From positions 40,644 to 104,643 of IMG/VR virus record IMGVR_UViG_3300033489_000003: a DNA stretch of 64,000 nt. One strand, given 5' to 3'. A program made the position numbers and the translations under genes. Under the pieces are notes generated by a model, which was not told the DNA's origin, ran no database searches, and was given only the letters and a program-made list of their open reading frames with translations. Positions 1 to 9,509 of the stretch are shown here, piece after piece. The DNA comes from a virus. Each line of letters opens with the position of its first letter. The stretch's first letter is position 1.

Positions 1-1
1 C

Positions 2-163
2 AGGACGCCTGCGGGCGCACCGTTCGCGGATGCGTGCAAGCGAGCGCTCGCAGATGGTCGTTCGTGGGGAAGTAATTGCATCGCGCGCATGGCGTCGTGC
101 TCGGAGCTCGATTGCGCGTTCCGTAGCCAGTGCTGCGGGACAGCCGACGGCGGTGCCGAATGA
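2..163 (+). CDS. 3' end of a Cys-rich hypothetical protein (partial)
   Basis: Open frame ...ADACKRALADGRSWGSNCIARMASCSELDCAFRSQCCGTADGGAE*; TGA overlaps the ATG at 160. Confidence 0.55.
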   Translation, partial: RTPAGAPFADACKRALADGRSWGSNCIARMASCSELDCAFRSQCCGTADGGAE

Positions 164-1002
164 CGTTCCTCACGGGCGCACATCCTGACCGCCAAGAGTC
201 GCGCGACCGCGACCGAGTCGACTTCAACTACGCTGCGACCAGCGTACCATCTGCGCTCGAGACTGAGTCAGACTTCATTCAGCCGATCCGGTGGATCCGA
301 GCGCAGCCAAAGTTCCCCGACTGCGTCGGACAGACGTTCGCCGAGATCGTCGACGCGCTCGGCTACGATGGCAACCTGCCTGAACCTACGTGGGCGTCCG
401 GCGTGTCGATCTGGCGCGACGCTCGCCGCCGGCAAGGGCTCATCGAGGCAATCGAAATCGGGACGCGGCTCGAGTACGCGGTCGACAGCCTCGTGCTGCG
501 CGGCTGGGATCCCTACCGCGAAGGCGAAGACTACGACGATATAGAGGCCGGCAAGGGCGCCGCGCCAGCTGGCGACGATCTCGCTGACGAGATGTTCGCG
601 GACGACAAGCGGCTTGCAAAGGACATCAAGCGGTACCGCATCCTTGGACTCGGGTCGGGCGTGCTCGACCAGGTCGACGAAGCACTACGGCGCGGTTGGG
701 GCGTCGGCGTAGGAACCGGGCTATCGGATCTATTCCTGAACTACCAACAGCGAACGCCAGATCAGCCGGAGCACGTTCTTGGGCTCGACTTCATCGGTGG
801 CACCGAGAACGGTCACGCTCAACGAGTTGCTGGACGCGGCACGTACAACGGACGGCGCAAGTATCTGCTGCAAAATAGCTGGACCGAAAGCTTCGCCGGA
901 TGCCATGCGCCCGACGGCGGCTGGCTTCCTGGATGCGTTTGGGCAGACGAGGCCGTGATTGTCGGAGCGCACGACGTGCACGTGCTCGAGATTCGCGTCT
1001 GA
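160..1002 (+). CDS. Papain-like (C1 family) cysteine peptidase
   Basis: Q..C motif AQPKFPDCVG, catalytic His in NGHAQRVAG, Asn motif LLQNSW. Confidence 0.75.
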   Translation: MTFLTGAHPDRQESRDRDRVDFNYAATSVPSALETESDFIQPIRWIRAQPKFPDCVGQTFAEIVDALGYDGNLPEPTWASGVSIWRDARRRQGLIEAIEIGTRLEYAVDSLVLRGWDPYREGEDYDDIEAGKGAAPAGDDLADEMFADDKRLAKDIKRYRILGLGSGVLDQVDEALRRGWGVGVGTGLSDLFLNYQQRTPDQPEHVLGLDFIGGTENGHAQRVAGRGTYNGRRKYLLQNSWTESFAGCHAPDGGWLPGCVWADEAVIVGAHDVHVLEIRV

Positions 1003-1017
1003 AGGGGGAGTACCACC

Positions 1018-1202
1018 ATGTCGATCATAGGTATCATTCTCATCATCATCGTCGTTGGCGTCTTGCTCTACTTGGTCAACTCCGTCATTCGAAGGTCAAG
1101 GTGGTGCTGCAAGTCGTCGTGATTCTCGTCTTGCTCATATGGCTGCTTCAGGTGTTCGGGCTGCTCGGCGGGTCCACGTTCGGGACCGTCCGCGTGCGTT
1201 GA
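1018..1202 (+). pseudogene. Small two-TM membrane protein (Thivi_2564-like) with a frameshift near 1090
   Basis: RBS GGGGAG + ATG gives MSIIGIILIIIVVGVLLYLVNSVI; the second helix KVKVVLQVVVILVLLIWLLQVFG continues in another frame. Confidence 0.6.
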
Positions 1203-1476
1203 GACAGCGCCGCAAGCCCGGCACCGGCTGCGTGACGAAGCGCGGGCCGCGGCGCTGGGTAGCGTTTGAGCCGAGGCACGGCGGACACGCGGCGCGGCAG
1301 GTTCGCATAGCAACACGCCGGACGAGGCGCGCGGCTACGGCGGCGCTTGAAGCGTGGCTGAATCGGCGCGGTCGGATCGTGACGCGATCCTCATAGTTTC
1401 AATACGCATTTCACGTAGACGCATCGACCTCGGGGGAGGCCACTGAGTTGTCCGCAACAGGTACAGGAGAAGTTCC

Positions 1477-2166
1477 ATGAGTGCATTGTCAACGGCGTTC
1501 GTAACGAACCTGCTGAACCACTATTTCCAGAACGCCGACCATGCGAATATCGGTGATGCTGCCGGGATCCAGAACAGCACGGCGGCGGGCAGCTTTTACC
1601 CCGCACTGCATTCTGCGGATCCAGGAGACGCCGGCTCTCAGAACACGAGCGAGATCACGTACACTGGGTACGCGCGTCCAGCGATCGCGCGAAGCGCAGG
1701 CGGATTCTCTACGTCTGGCAAAACCGTAAGCCCTGTCGCTGAAATCAGCTTCGGCAAGCGCACGGACGTAGGGTCTACGACCGCATTCTTTTGGTCGATC
1801 GGCACGGACGTGTCGGGCGCTGGTAACCTGATTCTTCGCGGCGGCATCGGTCCTGCTCCAACGCCGTTCACTGCTGCGATAAGCGATACCGTGACGTCGA
1901 ACGCGCACGGCATGATCGTCGATGACCGCGTCGTATTCTGGCAGTACGAGGCGGGCTCTCTGCCAACCGGCATAACGGAGGGCACGGTCTACTGGATCAA
2001 GACGGCGCCAGACGCCAACACGTTCACGGTGTCGACCACGCAGGGCGGCGCGACGCTCGACATCACGGCAGTCGGAAACGGAACGGTGCAGCGCATCACG
2101 CCCATCACGATCACGCAGAACGTTCGGCCTGTGCTCGAGACCGGCACGACGATTCGGTTGCAGTAG
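1477..2166 (+). CDS. Phage tail/tail-fiber-associated protein
   Basis: AGGAG RBS; LLNHYF..ALHSADPG..EITYTGYAR motif typical of tail-associated proteins; C-terminal HGM..DRV..LPTGITEGTVYW beta domain. Confidence 0.6.
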   Translation: MSALSTAFVTNLLNHYFQNADHANIGDAAGIQNSTAAGSFYPALHSADPGDAGSQNTSEITYTGYARPAIARSAGGFSTSGKTVSPVAEISFGKRTDVGSTTAFFWSIGTDVSGAGNLILRGGIGPAPTPFTAAISDTVTSNAHGMIVDDRVVFWQYEAGSLPTGITEGTVYWIKTAPDANTFTVSTTQGGATLDITAVGNGTVQRITPITITQNVRPVLETGTTIRLQ

Positions 2167-2168
2167 TC

Positions 2169-3020
2169 GTGCTTCTCCTTGCTAGCACGAGCGACCTGCT
2201 CCGCGTCACCACAGGCCAGGCCGTATCTTCGGTCCACGTGCACGCGTCGTGGGTCGACATGCTCGCCGCAGCCGTCACGCCTGGCCGGACCAACACGCCC
2301 CCGATCACCACGGCCACGACGACGACCGTCGTCGCATCGCCAGCCGCAAGCACGTTCCGCACCGTCAAGACGCTCACCGTCCGGAACACGCACGCGTCAT
2401 CGTCCGTCGACGTGACGGTAGTGCACACCGACGGCACGAACGCGATGGAGCTAGTCAAAGCGACGCTTTCGGCTGGCGACTCTCTCCACTACGACGAGCA
2501 CAACGGCTTCACCGTGCGGGACAACCGCGGCCGCGTCATCATGCGGAGCGACGGCTTCGTGGCGGCAGCCGTTCAGTCGCTCAACACGGTCATTCTGGCG
2601 TCCGACGTCACCAATAACAACGCCGTCGCGAACACGATCGCGAACGTGACGGGGCTAGCCTTTCCGACGTCACCGAACGAGACCTACTGGTTCGAGTTCG
2701 TCATCGCCTACACTTCCGCCGCAACGACGACCGGCTCCCGTTGGTCGATCACCGGGCCGTCGTCGCCATCGCTGCTCCACTATCGCAGCGAATACACGCT
2801 CGCTGCGACGACGACGAGCCTGAACTCAGCGACTGCATATGACATTCCAGCCGCGTGCAATGCGACCAGTCTAACCGCCGGCAACATCGCGACGCTCTGG
2901 GGCATCATCCGAACCGCTGGCACTGGCGGCGACGTGACGGCGCGATTCGCGTCGGAGGTCGCCTCGAGCGCCATCGTCGCCAAGGCCGGCTCGGCTTGCC
3001 GTTGGATGCGCACGCTCTAA
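2169..3020 (+). CDS. Putative tail fiber/virion protein
   Basis: Thr/Ala/Ser-rich beta-type sequence; position in the tail cluster. Confidence 0.5.
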   Translation: MLLLASTSDLLRVTTGQAVSSVHVHASWVDMLAAAVTPGRTNTPPITTATTTTVVASPAASTFRTVKTLTVRNTHASSSVDVTVVHTDGTNAMELVKATLSAGDSLHYDEHNGFTVRDNRGRVIMRSDGFVAAAVQSLNTVILASDVTNNNAVANTIANVTGLAFPTSPNETYWFEFVIAYTSAATTTGSRWSITGPSSPSLLHYRSEYTLAATTTSLNSATAYDIPAACNATSLTAGNIATLWGIIRTAGTGGDVTARFASEVASSAIVAKAGSACRWMRTL

Positions 3021-3021
3021 C

Positions 3022-4707
3022 ATGGCTCGCCCCGGCGCATTCGACCGGCTGCTCGTTGCCGACGAGTGGTTCGACGAAGATGCCACGCCAGACTTCGCCG
3101 CTGAGTTCGCCGAGGCCGGCGGTGGCGAGGACGAGACCGTCATCGATGAGCCGGCGACCGCGAATGCCGCGGCGACAGCTGACGGCGTCGCGCAAGCGGC
3201 CGTTTCAATCCCGGTCGAGGCCGGTTGCGAATCTGCCGCGGCCGGAGTCGCGCAAGCGGCTCAATCGGTGGCGGCCGTATCGGCCGGCGATGCGGAAGCG
3301 ACAGCGGCGCCACGCGTCGACAATTCGGTAGCGTCCGAAGCTGCCGTAGCCTCCCAAGCGCTCGGAACTGGGCAGGCGGTAAGTTCGGCGGCGCCAACAA
3401 CGTCGGCGGTGAGTTTCGTGGCCACGCTCGGCGGCGCCGATGTACCTGTTACGGTTGCAGCCGTTGCGGCGACGGCGGCCACGTCGTCTTGGCTGCTCGA
3501 TCTGCCGCAGTCCGGCGCCGCGAGCTCCATCGCCTCCGCTTCGGCGGCGGAGCGCGCAGACGTCTCGGTGGCGGTGGCGGCTTCGGCCGAGTCTACATCC
3601 TCCGCGGATGGCACGGCGAACGCCAGCGCGGCCCCACAGACGGGCGGCGCGGCGTCGGCGTTCGGGTCAGGCGCCCAAGACCTTACGGCGGCACCGGCGG
3701 CCGTCTCGGCGTCTGGAGCGGCAGGCGCCGGGGCTCTACTTGTACCAGGCATCGGCGAGGCCGCGGCGGCTTCGCATGCGGCCGGCGCTGGCGCATCTAC
3801 CTACGCATCGTCGCCAGCACTATCGGCGGCGTCGAGCACATCCGCCGACCATACCGCGCACGCTTACGTTTATGGATCTGCGGCTGGCGCCGAGAGCTCC
3901 GCATACGCGCAGGGGTCGGCGGTCAGGTCAGAATCGCCAAGCGTTGGCGGAGTAGCGACCGCAACGGCGGCGCCGACTGGCGTTGCATCGTCTGCCGCTG
4001 AGGCAATCTGTCAGGCCAGCGGAGCGTCGTCGGCCCGCGCGGACGAGTACGCTGCGCCTGTTCTGCATGCTGCCTCGACGGCAAGTGCGGATTCCACTTC
4101 TAACCTTACGGCGGCGCCGGTAAACGGATCCACTTCGTCCGCGCACGCGATGGCAGCTCTAGCGCTGCCGATTGCGCCGGCCGCGGTAGGACCAAGCGCA
4201 GCTTACGGCACCAGTCTCGTCGAGCTCGTCGTCGCGCTCGACGCGCTATCGGTCCTGTCCGCCGAAGCCGTTGGCGGGGCATACGTAAGCCCAGCGCCCG
4301 AAATGTTCTCGGCAGCGCTCGCGTTCGCTGCTGCCGAGGGACTAGCGGACGTGCCCGGCGCGGCACACGCCACGTCCTCCGCGTTCGCGATCGGGAGATC
4401 CGACTCGTATCTGCCTTACGCGAGCGCTCCAGCCGCGCGCCGCATGACAGTGCACCGAGAGCGCCGCCAGTCCGCCGTCTTGGCTGAAGAGCGATCGACG
4501 GCGGCTACGGCCGAATACCGCACGGCTTCTGTCGCGGCAGAAATTCGAAGCGTCGTCGCGCTCGCCACAACGGGCATACGTATAGAAGTGCCAGCAGAGC
4601 GGCGCCGCGTCGTCGTTGCAACTGAACCGAGACGCACAGATGTGCCGCGAGAACCGCGCCGCTATAGCGTGTCGCGCGAACGGAGAAGCATCCAGGTGTC
4701 TCCATGA
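3022..4707 (+). CDS. Ala/Ser-rich low-complexity virion (fiber-like) protein
   Basis: 561-aa ORF with repetitive A/S/G content and a C-terminal repeated V.AE.R motif; coupled to the adaptor gene. Confidence 0.6.
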   Translation: MARPGAFDRLLVADEWFDEDATPDFAAEFAEAGGGEDETVIDEPATANAAATADGVAQAAVSIPVEAGCESAAAGVAQAAQSVAAVSAGDAEATAAPRVDNSVASEAAVASQALGTGQAVSSAAPTTSAVSFVATLGGADVPVTVAAVAATAATSSWLLDLPQSGAASSIASASAAERADVSVAVAASAESTSSADGTANASAAPQTGGAASAFGSGAQDLTAAPAAVSASGAAGAGALLVPGIGEAAAASHAAGAGASTYASSPALSAASSTSADHTAHAYVYGSAAGAESSAYAQGSAVRSESPSVGGVATATAAPTGVASSAAEAICQASGASSARADEYAAPVLHAASTASADSTSNLTAAPVNGSTSSAHAMAALALPIAPAAVGPSAAYGTSLVELVVALDALSVLSAEAVGGAYVSPAPEMFSAALAFAAAEGLADVPGAAHATSSAFAIGRSDSYLPYASAPAARRMTVHRERRQSAVLAEERSTAATAEYRTASVAAEIRSVVALATTGIRIEVPAERRRVVVATEPRRTDVPREPRRYSVSRERRSIQVSP

Positions 4708-4985
4708 TCGGCAACTTCGGCAAAGACCCAGACGCTACCCTAGACTACACGATCGACTGGTCGGCGTGGCTCGCTACCGGCGAAACTATCGTCATATCGA
4801 CGTGGGCGATCGCCCCGTCAGGACCGACGAACACCGGCGAAAGCTTCAGCGCGAGCGCCGCCACGATATGGCTGTCTGGCGGGACCGTTGGCAAGAAATA
4901 CAGGATCACGAATTCGATCACTACGTCGTCCGTGCCGCCACGCGTCGACAACCGGTCGTTTCAGATTGCAGTAGAGGATAGATGA
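4704..4985 (+). CDS. Phage fiber-tail adaptor-like protein
   Basis: KDPDATLDYTIDWSAWL...WLSGG..G..Y.ITN.ITT signature. Confidence 0.7.
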   Translation: MIGNFGKDPDATLDYTIDWSAWLATGETIVISTWAIAPSGPTNTGESFSASAATIWLSGGTVGKKYRITNSITTSSVPPRVDNRSFQIAVEDR

Positions 4986-5785
4986 CCACACCAAGAACTC
5001 TACGCGCAGGCATGCTAGGCGACGACGTTGCGGATTGGCAGCTGCAACTAGGAATCTTCCCGACGGGTCGCTTCGACCTCAACACCGAGACGATGACGAA
5101 GATGTGGCAGAGCGCGCACGGCTTGATGCCGGACGGGTACGTCGGTCCGCTCACGCGAGCGAAGATGGCCTCGACCGCGACGGTTCCGCCGCGGCCTGTG
5201 TCGCCACCGATCATGACGGCAAAGCCGGCTGAGTTCATCGCGGCAAAGAACTTCACGCGCGGCCGATACGGTACGCAGCCATCCGTGATCGTGATCCATT
5301 CAATGGAATCACAAGAAAAGCCGAACACCGCGCGCAACGTGGCGCTTTGGTTCGCTGGCGCGACGGCGCCGCAAGCCTCTGCTCACTTCAACGTAGATGC
5401 CGACGAGATTGTCCAGTGTGTCAATACTACCGACATGGCCTGGGGAGCACCTGGGGCGAATCGACAAGGCATCCACATCGAGCACGCTGGGCGCGCTTCG
5501 CAGACCGCGGAGCAATGGGCGGACGCGTACTCCGATGCGATGCTGCGCCGCTCCGCCGTGCTGGTCGCGGACCTGTGCCGCCGCCACGGCATCGCGATCA
5601 AGCGGATCGGGCCTGAGGAATTGAAGTCAGGCGCGCGTGGGATTTGTGGCCACGACACAGTGTCGAAGGCATTCCCAGTAAAGGGCGGTCACACAGACCC
5701 TGGCCCCAACTTCGATTGGGCCAGATACATCGACCTCGTCATGACCGCCGATGGCATGGGCGAGAAGCCCAACGTGGGCGCGTGA
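4982..5785 (+). CDS. Endolysin: peptidoglycan-binding domain + N-acetylmuramoyl-L-alanine amidase (Amidase_2)
   Basis: N-terminal LRAG..GDDV..WQ..L / WQ..HGL.PDG.VGP.T; amidase IVIHS, SAHF, AWGA, IHIEH, GH, HTDPG. Confidence 0.92.
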   Translation: MTTPRTLRAGMLGDDVADWQLQLGIFPTGRFDLNTETMTKMWQSAHGLMPDGYVGPLTRAKMASTATVPPRPVSPPIMTAKPAEFIAAKNFTRGRYGTQPSVIVIHSMESQEKPNTARNVALWFAGATAPQASAHFNVDADEIVQCVNTTDMAWGAPGANRQGIHIEHAGRASQTAEQWADAYSDAMLRRSAVLVADLCRRHGIAIKRIGPEELKSGARGICGHDTVSKAFPVKGGHTDPGPNFDWARYIDLVMTADGMGEKPNVGA

Positions 5786-5997
5786 CGCAAATGACCATGG
5801 CTGTACGCGCTGAACTCTCGCTCGAGATGCGAGTCAAAGTTCTTGAGGCTGACGTGACGCTGCTCGTCAACTACGTCCGGGAACTCGCCAAGGAACGCGT
5901 GTCGCCAGAGACGCGAAAACGCATAGAGGACGAGTACGAGCAGTGCCGCTGCGAACTCGCGGATCTGATCGCGTCTCAGCCGAGCGGCAGCGTCTGA
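5782..5997 (+). CDS. Hypothetical coiled-coil protein
   Basis: GTGA overlap with the endolysin stop. Confidence 0.5.
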   Translation: MTQMTMAVRAELSLEMRVKVLEADVTLLVNYVRELAKERVSPETRKRIEDEYEQCRCELADLIASQPSGSV

Positions 5998-6072
5998 ATC
6001 ACCGCGCCGCATAGGCGCTCCGTAAGCAAAAGCGTTTCACCACCGTGGGGGGATGGATGGAGCCTGGCCCCC

Positions 6073-6873
6073 ATGAGAACAATTCTATTTGTCGTGTGCG
6101 CGTTGTTCCTTTTCGGTTGCTCTGGTGCCGACGTGGAAAGCGTCGAGTCAACGCAATCACCGCTCGTCACCTACAGGACCGCGGTCAACGGATGGACCAA
6201 TCTGCCGGCGGCCTCGCAGTACTACTGCCACACGACCAGCATGCGGGCGACTGGCGGTCACGCCGGAGCCGTGGTCTTTAACGGTGGCCTTGGCCAGATG
6301 GTCCCGGCGGCTGGCGCGGCGTTCGGCGGAGACACGAGCGCCATCGCGGCTATCCCGTACAACACCGCGCTCGGCACCTCGACCCAGGATGTGCAATGCG
6401 ACTCGTGGTCGAACTTTCATGGATCGGGCGGGGCAATCGCCGGTCGTTACTGGCTAAGTTGGTCTGGCACCGGCATGCTGTCTGCGGTATCGGGCAGCAT
6501 TGGGGCTTACTACCAGGACTCGGTGTGCGGACTATCGGGAGCGTGGAGCATGTCCCATGCGTCCGAGAAGACCGACATCGACGTAACGAGCAACCAATGG
6601 CTCTACACGCTGAACGCCACGGGCTTTCGAGAGCTATCGGCACAGACGACTTGCGCGTGGCTCGGGCGTCCGCTCTACGGGCAGGAATGGATCACCGCGA
6701 CCACTGCCTCATCGCCGTTCAGCAGCTACAGTTCGGCGAGCGGCGTGTGTTTGGTCATGGCGATAACGGGCAATTTGGATGATGGGTCAGTATCGATCAT
6801 CGGCGGATCGCAGATGCGGCTAGAAATCACCGGACAGGTCACCGGTGCAAAGGCCATGTGCTTTCCGAAGTGA
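6073..6873 (+). CDS. Cys-rich lipoprotein (paralog of 17269-18120)
   Basis: Signal peptide with lipobox LFGC; C-terminal C...GNLDD...A.C. Confidence 0.7.
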   Translation: MRTILFVVCALFLFGCSGADVESVESTQSPLVTYRTAVNGWTNLPAASQYYCHTTSMRATGGHAGAVVFNGGLGQMVPAAGAAFGGDTSAIAAIPYNTALGTSTQDVQCDSWSNFHGSGGAIAGRYWLSWSGTGMLSAVSGSIGAYYQDSVCGLSGAWSMSHASEKTDIDVTSNQWLYTLNATGFRELSAQTTCAWLGRPLYGQEWITATTASSPFSSYSSASGVCLVMAITGNLDDGSVSIIGGSQMRLEITGQVTGAKAMCFPK

Positions 6874-7106
6874 TTGATCCACCTGAACCCGGAAGCCTGC
6901 TCGAACATCTCTGCGGCCAGGTCACTCTCGAAAGCTGCGTCGCGTGCGAGAACGTCGCCGCTCAAGGTGAGGTCTGCGAACTGTGCCAAGGCGCCGGCAT
7001 GACGACGGTCGAGCGTAACGACAAGTGGCGCGTTGCGCACGGCATGACGCCTCAACGTGGTCCACTTCCGCCAATGGCCGACCCGCCGACGATACCGCCT
7101 AAGTAA
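6870..7106 (+). CDS. Small Zn-ribbon hypothetical protein
   Basis: GTGA overlap; CVAC...CELCQGAG. Confidence 0.5.
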   Translation: MIDPPEPGSLLEHLCGQVTLESCVACENVAAQGEVCELCQGAGMTTVERNDKWRVAHGMTPQRGPLPPMADPPTIPPK

Positions 7107-7262
7107 CGGTTCCAAGAATCCGCAACAACGCATCATCCGCCGTCCACTGCGCCGGTCCGACTCCTATCGGCCTGCGCAGGGGACGGCTTTTTGCGTTTGT
7201 TCCCAAAGATCGATCTCACAACGGCTCGCTCGACTCGAATGTGATCGTGAGGCCGTGACTGG

Positions 7263-7466
7263 TTACGGCAACCCGCACCACAGCGCGTCGATTCCGCGCC
7301 GCACAACCTCCGAGCGCGAGCACCCCCACTTTTGGGCCAGCACTCCGATCAGGATCGCGACCGTGGGGTGCAGCGAAAACGACGCGACGACCGTCTTACC
7401 TTCCGCGCGCCGCTTCTCCTGCGTCCACGTTTCGCCGTGGCTGGCCTTTTTGCTACGCTTCTTCAC
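7263..7466 (-). CDS. Ribbon-helix-helix (CopG-like) DNA-binding protein
   Basis: AGGAGG RBS; VASFSL..TV..I..LA.KWGCSRSEVVR.GI. Confidence 0.7.
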   Translation of the reverse strand: MKKRSKKASHGETWTQEKRRAEGKTVVASFSLHPTVAILIGVLAQKWGCSRSEVVRRGIDALWCGLP

Positions 7467-7542
7467 GGTCGATCCTCCTATCAGGGTTGGCCCACGGCCC
7501 CGGGAGGTGTCTGCCTCGCCGGGGCCACCTCGTGGGGACGAT

Positions 7543-7776
7543 TTACTCGGCTGCCCAGCGCGCCGTTACATCGGCCTCGCCAGCGGCCGCCGCCCAATCC
7601 GATCGGCGGGACCAAGTGCCGCCAAGCACTGCGTGCAACAGGTCGCGCACCTCGCCGTCGTCGGCGTCACCAGGCTGCGAGACGAGAGCCTCCTTGCCGT
7701 CCACCTTCGCCTCGATGCCGTCGCCGAGGTAGGTCCACTCACCAACCACGTCACCCGCCTTTGCCGCGGTGGTCAT
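7543..7776 (-). CDS. Hypothetical protein
   Basis: ATGA-coupled to 7773-8033. Confidence 0.55.
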   Translation of the reverse strand: MTTAAKAGDVVGEWTYLGDGIEAKVDGKEALVSQPGDADDGEVRDLLHAVLGGTWSRRSDWAAAAGEADVTARWAAE

Positions 7777-8033
7777 AGCGCCACCGTCGTCCCCGCCGGG
7801 AACACCAGCGTGGAGCACCCGAGACCGAGGGCGAGCGTCGAAATCTGCCCGCGGATGCGGAGCCGGTCGGCCTCGGACACCCATCGGCCCTCCCACTGAG
7901 AGGCCTCCGACTCACTGAGCAGGTACCGGCCGGCCGATCGCGCCGCAGCGGCATCGGTCAGCCGCGCGACCTCCGTACGACTCGCCTGGCCGAGTAGTTC
8001 GACTTGCTCGCTGCCGTGATTGTATTTGCTCAT
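7773..8033 (-). CDS. Hypothetical protein
   Basis: AAGGAG RBS; first gene after the promoter at 8080-8107. Confidence 0.6.
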   Translation of the reverse strand: MSKYNHGSEQVELLGQASRTEVARLTDAAAARSAGRYLLSESEASQWEGRWVSEADRLRIRGQISTLALGLGCSTLVFPAGTTVAL

Positions 8034-8079
8034 CTGCCTATCTCTCCTTGGAGGCGGTGTCTGCCGCCTCACAACACTC

Positions 8080-8107
8080 AAGATATCACCGCTATTAGCG
8101 GTGTCAA
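8080..8107 (-). promoter_or_regulatory. Sigma70-type promoter with an overlapping palindromic operator
   Basis: TTGACA-16nt-TATCTT; perfect 17-bp palindrome CACCGCTA-T-TAGCGGTG at 8087-8103. Confidence 0.75.
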
Positions 8108-8334
8108 GACTGTTGTGTCGATTATTCGTAAGTGCTTGAAACCACATGATATTACTCAGCGCCAGCTGGCGCCGTGACGATCGCTTCGGCCGCGTCCTCG
8201 ACGCTCGCGATCGGTCCATCTGTGCCCCCTTGCTGACCACGCTAGCGCCGTGTTCGTGCGCTCGTCTACCCCTCACGGCGTAGCGATACTGTGGCGTAAT
8301 CGCCGCTACCCAAACGTACTTACCGCCGGGACTT

Positions 8335-8559
8335 TCAGCCGCCTTCGCCTTCGGGTGAGGGCGGCTTTTTTGCGTTTGGTGCTTCGAGTGCTGCGCGCAT
8401 CATGTCGGCGGCGCCGGCTTGGCCAACGGCCTCGACGTTTCGGATCCACTGCGCGATCGCCGTTCGGAAGCGCTCGGTTTCTTCGCGGAGACTGTCGATC
8501 TCCGCGCGCAAGTGCGCCGGCCCTTTGCGAAACATCGCGTACCATTCCTCGTCGTTCAT
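8335..8559 (-). CDS. Hypothetical coiled-coil protein
   Basis: MNDEEWYAMFRKG..LRAEIDSLREE; typical small phage gene. Confidence 0.55.
   Translation of the reverse strand: MNDEEWYAMFRKGPAHLRAEIDSLREETERFRTAIAQWIRNVEAVGQAGAADMMRAALEAPNAKKPPSPEGEGG
8337..8371 (+). terminator. Intrinsic terminator-like hairpin
   Basis: AGCCGCCTTCGCC-TTCG-GGTGAGGGCGGCT followed by a T run. Confidence 0.6.
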
Positions 8560-8789
8560 TGTTCGGCCTCGTTCTCCGCGCACGCTTTCGGTTTGAGCCG
8601 TCGGCCACCAGCTATTTGGTTGAATCGCTTTAGCAGGTCGAGCCGCTTGAATTCGAGATGAACGTTTTGATTGCGAAACGCCTTGAACCGAAACAGCGGA
8701 GTCTCCCCACGTCCTTCCCTTCCGCTCTGACCGATCGCCGTCTCCACCGCCACTCGACGCCGTCGTGAGACGCCGCCATTGCGCCAGAA

Positions 8790-9509
8790 TTACCGCAACC
8801 GACGCAGCTCGACCGCGTAGTATCGCCGTTCCCACTCCGCCCGCCCATGTCCGTCGCCGCGCCGCCCGCCTAGCGAAGCAACGCGAATGCGCGTCGCGTC
8901 TAGCTGCCCACCGAGCGAGCACGCGTAGGCCGGATGGATCGGCAGGTCGTGCTCGACGAGATACGCGAACACGTCGAGCCCGGACCACCACCCGATGGGC
9001 GCGCACGTGGACGCGCTGGACTCGCCGTATGCGCGCATCCGCGCCTTGCGTTGCCCGCTCTCGTCGGCGCGTACGCCGCTCACGTGAGCAGCGCCGAAGC
9101 GTTGCGCCGCTTCAGCGAAGCCACGCTCAAGCGTGCCCGTAGCATGCCAGCCGTCTTCGTCGCGGATGCACTGGCTCACGATCTCGTGATAGTTTGAGCT
9201 CGGGTACGTTTGAAAAAAAGCGTCTCGCACGAGCGAGCAATCAGGGTTGCAGATAGGCTCAACGCGGATCCAAACGACAGGCACCTCCGCCGCAAGCCCG
9301 GACACCATGTGAGCGATCACGACCGAGTCCTTCCCCCAACTGACACCCGCGTAGCATCGCGTCCTAGCTACGAATTCGGCGACAGCCGCGCGCGCCCTAT
9401 CTACGTGACGACGGTAGAGCGACAACGACGCGTGGGCTCGCGCTGTCCTCTCAACTATCTCCCACGCCGCAAGGTCATCTGGCGTGTGCCGCGGTGACGC
9501 AATCAGCAC
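8790..9509 (-). CDS. PAPS-reductase-family (CysH-like) protein of a type IV-B CRISPR locus
   Basis: PP-loop GVSWGKDS, SGVRADES..R, PI..W...DVFAYL..HDLPIHPAY. Confidence 0.88.
   Translation of the reverse strand: MLIASPRHTPDDLAAWEIVERTARAHASLSLYRRHVDRARAAVAEFVARTRCYAGVSWGKDSVVIAHMVSGLAAEVPVVWIRVEPICNPDCSLVRDAFFQTYPSSNYHEIVSQCIRDEDGWHATGTLERGFAEAAQRFGAAHVSGVRADESGQRKARMRAYGESSASTCAPIGWWSGLDVFAYLVEHDLPIHPAYACSLGGQLDATRIRVASLGGRRGDGHGRAEWERRYYAVELRRLR

Noticed and set aside
3022-4707. Ala/Ser-rich region as a DNA tandem repeat or diversity-generating retroelement target
   Set aside because: Only amino-acid-level low complexity; no reverse transcriptase or TR/VR pair seen.
8084-8092. TATCACCGC, identical to a lambda operator half-site
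   Set aside because: A 9-bp match is expected by chance, and the palindrome centre differs from lambda operators.
8130-8700. TTGAAAC/GAAAC words resembling CRISPR repeat ends
   Set aside because: No repeated unit of 25-40 bp with regular spacing, so no CRISPR array is called.
8790-9509. CysH as a sulfur-assimilation auxiliary metabolic gene
   Set aside because: It lacks the C-terminal ECGLH motif and sits in a type IV-B cas operon.
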